A stretch of 33,993 nt of DNA, taken from a virus. Taxonomy: Duplodnaviria > Caudoviricetes. The stretch lies in the IMG/VR virus record IMGVR_UViG_3300020531_000011, positions 1 through 33,993 of that record; one strand, 5' to 3'. The notes beneath the pieces were generated by a model. That model searched no databases and was not told where the DNA came from. It was given only the letters and a program-made list of their open reading frames with translations. The first letter of the stretch is position 1. The number at the start of each line of letters is the position of its first letter. Positions 25,418 through 33,993 of this stretch are shown in pieces. A program made the translations under genes and the position numbers.

Positions 25418-28400
25418 ATGGCAACATATCTAAAATCAGATATACAAGAGTATAAGAATATTTTTCACATTGCAGATATTCACCTACGTCTTACAAAGAG
25501 ACATGATGAATATCAACAGGTGTTTGAAAAGTTATACAAAGCAGTTGAAAAAACACCAACTGAAACAGTTGTTGCGGTATTGGGTGACCTCTTTCATTCA
25601 AAGAGTGATCTTTCACCTGAATGCGTTAAAATGGCATCTGATTTTCTTCAAAATCTTGCCAACAGAAGACCAACCGTATTGATTGCTGGTAATCATGATG
25701 CTACTCTAGCTAATAAAAATAGACTAGACAGTCTGAGTCCTATTGTTAACGCAATTAATCATCCTAACCTATTTTATTTAAAGGATTCTGGTCTTTATAT
25801 CTTAGGAGATATTCTATTTAATCACTATAGTGTCTTTGATGAACCAGAAAATTACATTAAGTTCAAAGACATTCCAAAGGTATATCTAAATGAAACCAGA
25901 TACAATATTGCACTGTTTCATGGACCTGTAAATGATGCAATTACGGATGTTGGTTATAAGGTAACCAGTAGAACAATCACAAACAAGTTGTTTGAAGGAC
26001 ACCAAATTGTTCTATTAGGTGATATTCATAAACACCAAGTTCTAGAAAGAGATGAAACTACCATTGTTTATGCTGGTTCATTGATTCAACAAAACCATGG
26101 AGAAGAATTAAAGGGTCACGGATTTGTTTTTTGGGATCTAAAGACCAAAGCATTCAAACATTTTGAAGTGGTCAATGACTATGGATTTTATACAGTTGAA
26201 GTAAACAAAGGTAAATTGGTTACAGACTTTTCTGATATTCCTAAAAAGGCAAGACTCAGAATGAAGTGTATGGAAAGTGTAGCTACTGAAGTTAAGTCTG
26301 CACTTTCAAAGGTAAGAGAAGTGTGTGAAGTTACAGAAGTGTCTTATGTTAGAGTAGATGCTGGTGATATTTCATCAAAAAATATCATTAATAGTACTGA
26401 CTTTAATTTGAATGACGTATCAGACGTTGATTATCAAAATAAATTAATTACTGACTACATCACATCAAAAAATAATAATGTAACCAAAGATACCTTTGAA
26501 CAAATTTATAAAATAAACAAGGATTTAAATGCTACTTTAGAAAAAGAAAATATTGTAAAAAATATCAGATGGAAGCCTAAGAAGTTTGAATTTGATAATA
26601 TGTTTAGTTATGGTGAAGATAATGTAATTGATTTCACTAAGATGCATGATGTAGTTGGTTTGTTTGCTAACAATGCATCAGGTAAATCTAGTGTATTATC
26701 TGCACTATCATTTTGTATTTTTGATAAATGTGACCGTGCATTTAAAGCATCTCACATTCTTAACAGTCAGAAAATGAACTTCAAATGTAAGTTTAACTTT
26801 GAAGTTAACGGAACTGATTTCTTTATTGAAAGAAAAGGTCAAGCTGATAAGAAGGGTAATGTCAAAGTGGATGTTAAGTTTTGGAAAGAAGAAGGTAGTA
26901 AGGTAATTGAACTTAATGGTGAAGCACGTAGATCAACTAATGACATTATCAGAGATTATGTAGGTACTTATGATGACTTTATTTTGACTGTATTGAGTAT
27001 TCAAAATAATAAAGTAGGTTCATTTGTTGATATGGGTCAAACAGAACGTAAAGATCTATTGGCACAATTCATGGGACTAACTATATTTGATAATTTGTAT
27101 AATGATGCATCAGATAAGACCAAAGAAATCAATGTATTGTTGAAGAATTTTAAAAATAATGATTATACACAGAAGTTATTAGATTTGACTAATTCTATTG
27201 AGATTTCATCTAGTATGGTGGAGTCTGAAAATAAATTATTGGATGATCTAACACAACAACGTGAAGATGAAAACAATAGATTGTTAGAAGAAACCAAGAA
27301 ATTGATCAATATCACAGGCAATTTCACTGATATTACATCGTTGGAATCAAAGAAGATCATGTTGGAGAATAATATTTCTACACATTCTTCTAGTCTATTG
27401 ACTTTTAAAAATCAAGACGTTCAACTTCAAAATTCTCTAAAAGAAAATAATGAAATCATTTCAAATTATGAAAATGATGACATTACTACCAAGTATGAAA
27501 AGTTTACTGAACTATCAAGTTCACTAAAACAAACAGAACAGTTGATTGAGAAGAAAAAGATTGTTGTTAAATCTAAACTGGATAAATTAAAAAAACTAGA
27601 GGAACATAAATATGATCCAAATTGTATTTACTGTACAACCAATGTATTCGTAAAAGATGCAATCAAGACCAGAGAAGAGTTAGAAGTTGATAAACATGAA
27701 GCTCAAACTCTTGTTACAGAATATACACAGTCTAAAAATAAAGTAAATGAACTGACATTTATTGGTGATCATTATAAAAAATATAATGAGGCTTATAGAT
27801 TAAAAGCTGAATTGGAATCTAAGATTTCAAAGTTAAGCAATGATATTCTAAAAACAGAAAATAAGATTTCTACTGATCAAAACAGTTTGATTAATGTAGA
27901 ATCACAGATTAAAGAATATTATGAACAAAAAGATGCAATTGAGTTTAATCAAACAATTAAACAAACAATTGAAAGCATCAAACTTAATATAAAATCAATT
28001 GACGTTGATATTAAAAATAAAAATAATAGTATAATTAATCATACTACCAAGTTATCAAACTCAATTGAACAGAAGAAAACAATTGAGAAGAATATTGAAG
28101 ACACTAAATTATTAGAAACTCAATATGAAGCATATCAATTGTACACTTCTGCAATTTCAAGAGACGGTATACCATATGATTTGATCAGTAAAGCTCTTCC
28201 TACAATTGAAAAGGAAGTTAATAACATATTAAATCAGATCGTTGAATTTACTGTAACTCTACAGACTGATGGTAAAAATGTAACTACACATATTAATTAT
28301 GAAGATAAGAAGTGGCCATTAGAATTAGCTAGTGGATTGGAAAGATTTATCAGTTCACTGGCTATTAGAGTAGCATTAATTAATGTAAGTAACTTACCAA

Positions 28401-28603
28401 GACCTAATTTTATAGCTATTGATGAAGGATTTGGATGTGCTGATGCTGATAATCTGTCATCTATGAGTACACTATTTGCCTTTTTGAAGACTAATTTTGA
28501 CTTTGTTTGGATTATAAGTCACTTGGATGTTATGAGAGATATGGTTGACAACAGAATTGAAATTAAGAAAGAAAACGGATTTAGTAAAATAAGTTTTATA
28601 TAA
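25418..28603 (+). CDS. Fused Mre11/SbcD nuclease - Rad50/SbcC ATPase (gp47+gp46-like)
   Basis: Metallophosphoesterase motifs HIADIH, GDLFH, GNHD, FHG, LGDIH; Walker A NASGKSS; coiled coil with CIYC hook; LASGLE signature; IDEGFG Walker B; ISH. Confidence 0.93.
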   Translation: MATYLKSDIQEYKNIFHIADIHLRLTKRHDEYQQVFEKLYKAVEKTPTETVVAVLGDLFHSKSDLSPECVKMASDFLQNLANRRPTVLIAGNHDATLANKNRLDSLSPIVNAINHPNLFYLKDSGLYILGDILFNHYSVFDEPENYIKFKDIPKVYLNETRYNIALFHGPVNDAITDVGYKVTSRTITNKLFEGHQIVLLGDIHKHQVLERDETTIVYAGSLIQQNHGEELKGHGFVFWDLKTKAFKHFEVVNDYGFYTVEVNKGKLVTDFSDIPKKARLRMKCMESVATEVKSALSKVREVCEVTEVSYVRVDAGDISSKNIINSTDFNLNDVSDVDYQNKLITDYITSKNNNVTKDTFEQIYKINKDLNATLEKENIVKNIRWKPKKFEFDNMFSYGEDNVIDFTKMHDVVGLFANNASGKSSVLSALSFCIFDKCDRAFKASHILNSQKMNFKCKFNFEVNGTDFFIERKGQADKKGNVKVDVKFWKEEGSKVIELNGEARRSTNDIIRDYVGTYDDFILTVLSIQNNKVGSFVDMGQTERKDLLAQFMGLTIFDNLYNDASDKTKEINVLLKNFKNNDYTQKLLDLTNSIEISSSMVESENKLLDDLTQQREDENNRLLEETKKLINITGNFTDITSLESKKIMLENNISTHSSSLLTFKNQDVQLQNSLKENNEIISNYENDDITTKYEKFTELSSSLKQTEQLIEKKKIVVKSKLDKLKKLEEHKYDPNCIYCTTNVFVKDAIKTREELEVDKHEAQTLVTEYTQSKNKVNELTFIGDHYKKYNEAYRLKAELESKISKLSNDILKTENKISTDQNSLINVESQIKEYYEQKDAIEFNQTIKQTIESIKLNIKSIDVDIKNKNNSIINHTTKLSNSIEQKKTIEKNIEDTKLLETQYEAYQLYTSAISRDGIPYDLISKALPTIEKEVNNILNQIVEFTVTLQTDGKNVTTHINYEDKKWPLELASGLERFISSLAIRVALINVSNLPRPNFIAIDEGFGCADADNLSSMSTLFAFLKTNFDFVWIISHLDVMRDMVDNRIEIKKENGFSKISFI

Positions 28604-28640
28604 AATCTGATAAATATTAACATCTTGAATTTTTTAGCAA

Positions 28641-28648
28641 TATTTATA
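28641..28648 (+). promoter_or_regulatory. TATTTATA motif upstream of sheath gene
   Basis: Intergenic, 42 nt before ATG 28691; AAAGGAA (SD-like) lies between. Confidence 0.6.
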
Positions 28649-28690
28649 TTTAGTTTTTAAAACTCAAATTTTGAAAGGAAAAATATAACT

Positions 28691-31600
28691 ATGCCAATTC
28701 AAGAAGGTGGAAGATTTACGCCGCAGGACACAATTGTAAGTCCTGGGGTATTTACAAGGGAATTAGATTTATCAGGTATTACGCAGGGAGTAGCTGATAT
28801 TGGTGCAGCAATTGTTGCACCATTCCCAAAGGGCCCTGGCTTTGCTCCAACACTAGTAACCAACGTTTATGACTTGGAAACTAAGTTTGGTGTTGCAGAT
28901 GGAGTATATTATGGTCCATACACTGCAAAAGAATACTTAAATGAAAAAGGATTTGTAACCGTAGTCAGAGTAGGTGCTTTGACTGGTTATAATCAAGATT
29001 ATCCATTAGCAATTTATGCTCAAAAGGGTACTTGGAACAGAAATAATGACATTGGTTCACTTGCTAGTGGATCATCATTTTTAACACCATCTGGTTCATT
29101 AGTATCCGGATCTGCAAATTATCTAGCAGGTGTAATAGCTACGGGTAATTATACTACTGGATCTGGCGGTGGTGTTATTACTAGTGCTACATTCACTGGA
29201 TCAATTCCTACCGCATCATTTGTATTTACATTTGCATCAAATGCCGCATCAGCAACAACTGCAGCTGCATCAGTAAATGGATCTAACGGAAGTTTACTAT
29301 ATGCTGGTCAATCAGTAACAACTACATCAACTGCATATGCAACATTTACTAATTTGACTGGTTCTTGGACATATACTAGTACTCTAAATTCTACAACCAG
29401 TTATACTGCGGCTCAATTATTAGATTACGGTCTACAAAATACAACCGTAACATTCCCATTACCATTAGTGGTATCTTTATCAGGAACTTCTGTTCCATTT
29501 ACTGGTGCAAGTTTGATCAGTGGTAGTATAGTATCTTATAAAGGCACATGTGATTCACCAGTATTAAGAGTACAAGGTATAATCTCAGGTGCATTTGGTC
29601 AATATAATGGTACCTTCAGTGTAACAGGTAGTGCTCCATATGTTGATAATTGTAACGTATGGCAATCTGGAAGTGCTGCTTCTGAAACAGTACTACTAGC
29701 AGTTTTATCAGATACCAGAAATGCTACTATTACCAATCTATCCTCACCAGGATTCTCTGGATCACTACTTACCTCTGCAAGTGTATTAACTTCAACTAGT
29801 TCAAGTATTGAACAAGATTATTTCTTGACACTAAGTGGAAGTAGCTTAGGTGCATATGGTGTATTTGAATTCTCATTGGATTCAACAAGTCCTAAGTATA
29901 TTGAAAATGTATTTGGTACAGATCCAACAGCTGTAAGTACAGCAATTCAATTGAATCCTGCTTATCGTTATACTACATTTGCTGATACAATTAAGAGAAT
30001 TGCAAATAACTCAACAAGTTACAGAGTAGGTATTGCAGCTGTTCCAGGATCAATGTTCTCTGGATCAAAAGCATTGAATTTCACTGATGCAAATTCATTT
30101 AACCCAGCAAATGGTGATAGTAACTTTGGTCTAACCAATGCTTATACACCATTTATTGTATCTCAAAAAGTTGCCGCAGTAAATGGTACTACATCAAGAT
30201 ATGAATTGTTCAAAGTTCATACACTATCTGATGGTACAAATACTAATAAGCAATACAAGATTGAAATTAGTGATGTTAAATTGTCTGGTACAGTATCAGG
30301 AACAGATTGGGGTACATTTACTCTATCTGTACGTGATTACAATGATACAACAAAACGTCCTAAGTATCTTGAAACATTCACAAACTTGTCACTAGATCCA
30401 GATTCTAGCAACTTCATTGCACGTAGAATTGGTGATAGATACAACTACATCAGTTATTCTGGTAAGATTATTGAATTTGGTACTTATGCCAATGTAAGTA
30501 AGAATATCAGAATTGAAATGACTGCTGGTGATTATCCAGTAACTGCTGTACCATACGGATTTAATCCATATGATGTACCAGTTGCAGGTGATCTTGATAA
30601 TGTTGCTACCACAATGAAGTATAGTAGAGCTTCTCTATATGGCACACAACTTGGTAAGTATCCATCCGGTGTTGTATTTGATGCAATTCCAAGCACAGAT
30701 GCTGAATTGGTTGCTCTATATCCAACTGCTTCTGCCGGAGTAGAAACATATAATGATAACGTTCAATATTTTGCTCCAGTTCCAAGTGGTGCAACTAACG
30801 GTAACAACGTTGGATTTGCTTTGGATGACGTAATTGTTGGAAGTGGTACAGGTTCAATACTTGCCGCAAGTTTGAGTGGTAGCATACCAAGTACACCAAG
30901 TGCTTCTGAATCAACTTATGTTAAACTACGTAAGTTTGTTCTTGGATTCCAAGGTGGATTTGATGGTCAATCACCAACAATTCCAATTAATGTAGGAAGT
31001 TCAATTACTCCAGGTAACACTCAAGGTCTAGATTGTACAACAATTTCTAGTGCAGGTTCAGTAGCATACAAACAATGTATTGGTGCTCTTGGAAATGCAG
31101 ATGAATTTGACATCAACTTGATTGCTCTACCAGGTATTTTCAATCAACATCACTCATACGTAACAACACTAACAATTGATATGTGTGAAGCCCGTGGTGA
31201 TTGTTTCTACATCATGGATAACGTAACATTCCCATCAAGCAATCAAAGTGTAGGATTGATTGATGCCGCTGTAAGTAACGTAGCTACAATTGACAGTAAC
31301 TATGTAGGTACTTATTATCCTTGGATTAAGATCCTAGATACTAACACAAACAAGATTGTAAGTGTACCACCTTCAGTAGTACTACCAGCAGTTTACGCTG
31401 CTAATGACAAAGCAAGTGCAGAATGGTTTGCTCCAGCCGGTCTAAACCGTGGTGGTATTCCACAAGCTGTACAAACTCTTGATAGATTGACTCACGCAGA
31501 ACGTGATACACTCTATGAAGGTCGTGTAAATCCAATTGCCGCATTCCCAGGTCAAGGTATCTGTGTATGGGGTCAAAAGACACTACAAGTTGAATCAAGT

Positions 31601-31927
31601 GCTCTAGACAGAATCAACGTCCGTAGATTGTTGATCAACTTGAAGAAGTACATTGCTTCAACCAGTAAGTACCTTGTATTTGAACAAAACGTAGCTGCTA
31701 CACGTAACCGTTTCTTGAGTATTGTTAACCCATACCTAGAAAACGTACAACAACGTAGTGGTTTGTTTGCCTTCCAAGTTAAGATGGATGATACAAACAA
31801 TACACCAGACATTGTTGATAGAAACATCCTATACGGTCAAATCTATCTACAACCAACCAAGACTGCTGAATTCATAGTACTTGATTTCAACCTCTTGCCA
31901 ACTGGTGCTACATTCCCTAATGCCTAA
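28691..31927 (+). CDS. Contractile tail sheath protein (gp18-like) with large insertions
   Basis: SPGVFTRELD N-terminus; YYPW, WFAPAGLNRG, RDTLYEGRVNPI, WGQKT, DRINVRRL, FEQN, PTKTAEFI. Confidence 0.96.
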   Translation: MPIQEGGRFTPQDTIVSPGVFTRELDLSGITQGVADIGAAIVAPFPKGPGFAPTLVTNVYDLETKFGVADGVYYGPYTAKEYLNEKGFVTVVRVGALTGYNQDYPLAIYAQKGTWNRNNDIGSLASGSSFLTPSGSLVSGSANYLAGVIATGNYTTGSGGGVITSATFTGSIPTASFVFTFASNAASATTAAASVNGSNGSLLYAGQSVTTTSTAYATFTNLTGSWTYTSTLNSTTSYTAAQLLDYGLQNTTVTFPLPLVVSLSGTSVPFTGASLISGSIVSYKGTCDSPVLRVQGIISGAFGQYNGTFSVTGSAPYVDNCNVWQSGSAASETVLLAVLSDTRNATITNLSSPGFSGSLLTSASVLTSTSSSIEQDYFLTLSGSSLGAYGVFEFSLDSTSPKYIENVFGTDPTAVSTAIQLNPAYRYTTFADTIKRIANNSTSYRVGIAAVPGSMFSGSKALNFTDANSFNPANGDSNFGLTNAYTPFIVSQKVAAVNGTTSRYELFKVHTLSDGTNTNKQYKIEISDVKLSGTVSGTDWGTFTLSVRDYNDTTKRPKYLETFTNLSLDPDSSNFIARRIGDRYNYISYSGKIIEFGTYANVSKNIRIEMTAGDYPVTAVPYGFNPYDVPVAGDLDNVATTMKYSRASLYGTQLGKYPSGVVFDAIPSTDAELVALYPTASAGVETYNDNVQYFAPVPSGATNGNNVGFALDDVIVGSGTGSILAASLSGSIPSTPSASESTYVKLRKFVLGFQGGFDGQSPTIPINVGSSITPGNTQGLDCTTISSAGSVAYKQCIGALGNADEFDINLIALPGIFNQHHSYVTTLTIDMCEARGDCFYIMDNVTFPSSNQSVGLIDAAVSNVATIDSNYVGTYYPWIKILDTNTNKIVSVPPSVVLPAVYAANDKASAEWFAPAGLNRGGIPQAVQTLDRLTHAERDTLYEGRVNPIAAFPGQGICVWGQKTLQVESSALDRINVRRLLINLKKYIASTSKYLVFEQNVAATRNRFLSIVNPYLENVQQRSGLFAFQVKMDDTNNTPDIVDRNILYGQIYLQPTKTAEFIVLDFNLLPTGATFPNA

Positions 31928-31946
31928 TTGGTAAATAATTAAACAG

Positions 31947-31980
31947 AACCCCACTTAGAAATAAGTGGGGTTTTTTCTTT
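31947..31980 (+). terminator. Rho-independent terminator after sheath
   Basis: Stem AACCCCACTTA / TAAGTGGGGTT with GAAA loop followed by TTTTCTTT. Confidence 0.9.
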
Positions 31981-31987
31981 ATAAATC

Positions 31988-31995
31988 TATTTATA
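31988..31995 (+). promoter_or_regulatory. TATTTATA motif
   Basis: Directly after the terminator, 7 nt before ATG 32003. Confidence 0.65.
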
Positions 31996-32002
31996 TTGTA
32001 CG

Positions 32003-32761
32003 ATGATTAAGCTGACAGATTTATTATTACAAGAAGCTAAAATTCCAGTTAGTGAACAAGAAATGGATTTATATGCTAAAAAGTATAAAAAGACCATTGA
32101 TTATTTACGTACCAAGAACAAAGTACTATTGCTTACAACCAGTAATAGATGGAGTGGACATAAAGATGATATTGCTAAAAGTACACAAATTGCATTTAAA
32201 ATACAAGAATTACTTGGTAAAGAAAAAGTAACTTTGATTGATACAACCAAGTTAAACATATTTCCGTGTGAAGGTAATGTGTCATCTAAATGGGGAAATC
32301 ATTGTGGAACAAAAGACGCTTCATTAAAAGATAAAGATAAAAACCCTACAGGTGATCATCGTTGTTGGGCTAGTATAAATAATAAAAGTGATGAATTATG
32401 GAAAATAAGTAAAGAATTATTTGAAAGTGATACCGTTTTGTTTTTTGCTAGTGTGAGATGGGGTCAAACCAACGGTTTTTATCAGAAATTAATTGAGAGA
32501 TTGACTTGGATTGAGAACAGACATTCTACTTTGGGTGAAAAAAATATAGTAAAAAACATTGATGCAGGTTTTATTGCCGTTGGACAAAATTGGAATGGTA
32601 GAGACGTTACAAAAACACAAAAAGATGTACTTCAATTCTTTGGATTCAAAACTCCAGATGAATTATTCTGGAATTGGCAATTCACTGATAACCCTCTTGA
32701 TGAAACATCTAGATCTTATAAAAAAGCAATCACAGTATTTGATAACACTTTTGAAATATGA
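32003..32761 (+). CDS. Flavodoxin-like protein (NADPH-dependent FMN reductase / WrbA / iron-sulfur flavoprotein family)
   Basis: VLLLTTSNR…KST, NIFPCEG…C…C, DELWKI…SDTVLFFASVRWG…QKLIERL pattern of multimeric flavodoxins. Confidence 0.8.
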   Translation: MIKLTDLLLQEAKIPVSEQEMDLYAKKYKKTIDYLRTKNKVLLLTTSNRWSGHKDDIAKSTQIAFKIQELLGKEKVTLIDTTKLNIFPCEGNVSSKWGNHCGTKDASLKDKDKNPTGDHRCWASINNKSDELWKISKELFESDTVLFFASVRWGQTNGFYQKLIERLTWIENRHSTLGEKNIVKNIDAGFIAVGQNWNGRDVTKTQKDVLQFFGFKTPDELFWNWQFTDNPLDETSRSYKKAITVFDNTFEI

Positions 32762-33993
32762 ATAAATTAACTCAATTTTTAGTAGACAGTTTATTAAATG
32801 ATCCAAAACCAACATTAAATGAAGGTGGTGCTTATGGACATTTGGCACATCCATATGAAGATATGGAATTAACATTCCAAGATTTAAGAAACATGGTAGA
32901 CCAAGCATTACTTGGTGATTTAAAAGCATTTGAAAAAACAGACGGTCAACAACTTTCTTTTACATGGAAAGATGGACAATTGAGACTTGCAAGAAACAAA
33001 GGACATTTAAAAAATCAAGGTCAAAATGCATTAACTAAAGATGGTATTAAAGTAATGTTTTCTGATAAACCACAAAACATTCAAGATGCGTTTAGTTTTG
33101 CTGTGGATGATTTATCTAATGCTTTATCAAAAGTTCCGAGAGAAGAATTAAATCAAATGTTTGGTAATGGTAAAAAGTTTGCAAGTGTTGAAGTAATTTA
33201 TCCAGCTACAAAGAATGTAATTCCATACAACTTAAGTATGTTGGTATTCCACGGAATTATTGAATATAATGATTTAGGTGAACCAATTGCGGGTGGTGAT
33301 GCTGAATCTGGAATTATACTTGGCAATTTAATTAAAAGTGTAAATGCTGATGTACAAAATACATTTACTATCAGAGGACCAAACAAATTATTGTTATCTA
33401 AGGTAAAGAATTTACCACAAAAAAGAAAACAATTTATGACAATGATTGATCAACTACAAGGATCATTCAGTGATCAAACAAAAATTATTGAGTACCATAA
33501 AAATTGGTGGAATAATTTTATCAGAGAAAAAGCAGATTCATTTGGATATTCAATTTCACCTGAAGTATTGAATTTATTAGTCAAAAGATGGGCTGAATTT
33601 GATAAAAGTGTTAGCATAAAAAACATTTTAAAACAAATTGATAATGAAGAATTTAAGAATTTTGTTAGCGTTTTTGATAAAGAAAATCATGAACTACAAT
33701 ACAAAAACAACATTAGACCATTTGAAGAACTATTTTTAAAATTAGGAGTTGAAGTATTGAAAAATGCTGCTGGTTATATGGCTTCTTCACCAGATGAAGC
33801 TGCAAAACAAATAGCAAATGATGTATTAATACAAGCAAAAACAATTAAGTCAAAAGGTGCAACTGAAGATCAATTAAACAAATTAAAGAATGAGTTACAA
33901 AGATTAAAAGTTGTTGGTGGATTGAAAAAAATTGTAGGTTCAGAAGGATTAACATTCTTTTATAATGATAAAATATACAAATTAACTGGTCTT
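32758..33993 (+). CDS. Ligase-like nucleotidyltransferase (KxDG; DUF6267-like), 3'-truncated, not in ORF track
   Basis: Open from ATG 32758 (ATGA overlap) to window end, 412 codons: GHLAHPYED, EKTDG (motif I), R and E of motifs Ia/III, EGLTF (IV), YKLTG (V). Confidence 0.75.
   Translation, partial: MNKLTQFLVDSLLNDPKPTLNEGGAYGHLAHPYEDMELTFQDLRNMVDQALLGDLKAFEKTDGQQLSFTWKDGQLRLARNKGHLKNQGQNALTKDGIKVMFSDKPQNIQDAFSFAVDDLSNALSKVPREELNQMFGNGKKFASVEVIYPATKNVIPYNLSMLVFHGIIEYNDLGEPIAGGDAESGIILGNLIKSVNADVQNTFTIRGPNKLLLSKVKNLPQKRKQFMTMIDQLQGSFSDQTKIIEYHKNWWNNFIREKADSFGYSISPEVLNLLVKRWAEFDKSVSIKNILKQIDNEEFKNFVSVFDKENHELQYKNNIRPFEELFLKLGVEVLKNAAGYMASSPDEAAKQIANDVLIQAKTIKSKGATEDQLNKLKNELQRLKVVGGLKKIVGSEGLTFFYNDKIYKLTGL

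Larger units (their letters stand above)
1..33993 (+). mobile_element. Segment of a large myophage genome (contractile tail, distantly T4-like)
   Basis: Sheath, gp25, gp6/J-like wedge and spike genes occur together with primase, RuvC, Mre11-Rad50 and a sigma factor; single-strand dense coding; no host housekeeping genes. Confidence 0.95.

Noticed and set aside
1033-33386. All minus-strand ORFs and short nested plus-strand ORFs in the track
   Set aside because: They lie within longer + strand genes with recognisable motifs and have shadow-frame composition.
1-33993. Interpretation as eCIS/tailocin/T6SS locus or as a giant eukaryotic virus
   Set aside because: Primase, resolvase, MR nuclease and sigma factor among tail genes indicate a replicating phage; sheath and baseplate exclude NCLDV.
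1-33993. tRNA, CRISPR array, intron or intein
   Set aside because: Intergenic gaps are all under about 90 nt and AT-rich with no cloverleaf or spaced repeats; no intein or homing-endonuclease motifs recognised.

Overview
AT-rich, densely coding segment of a large myophage (contractile tail, distantly T4-like), with every credible gene on the + strand. In order: end of an upstream gene; a Ser-repeat/Gly-rich fibre protein; a membrane coiled-coil protein; a small operon (44-aa acidic peptide missed by the ORF track, small TM protein, sigma70-region-2 protein that is probably a gp55-like late sigma factor); a possible small terminase subunit; a baseplate module (central spike, Pro-rich protein, gp25, gp6/J-like wedge, large gp7/I-like wedge, several fibre-attachment proteins); a RuvC-like resolvase, a DUF2786-like protein, DNA primase and a fused Mre11-Rad50 (gp47+gp46); a very large tail sheath followed by a terminator; a flavodoxin-like protein; and a truncated KxDG nucleotidyltransferase-like gene also missing from the track. 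Most notable: (i) an intergenic TATTTATA motif in front of six genes next to a phage sigma factor, while primase has a separate sigma70-type promoter; (ii) a baseplate paralog apparently split into two genes, each loaded with bacterial surface-adhesin modules (MBG/YDG, FG-GAP, dockerin pair); (iii) enzymes with possible capsid-targeting N-termini. No tRNA, rRNA, CRISPR array, intron/intein or recoding was seen. Family assignments come from motif recognition by eye, not database searches.
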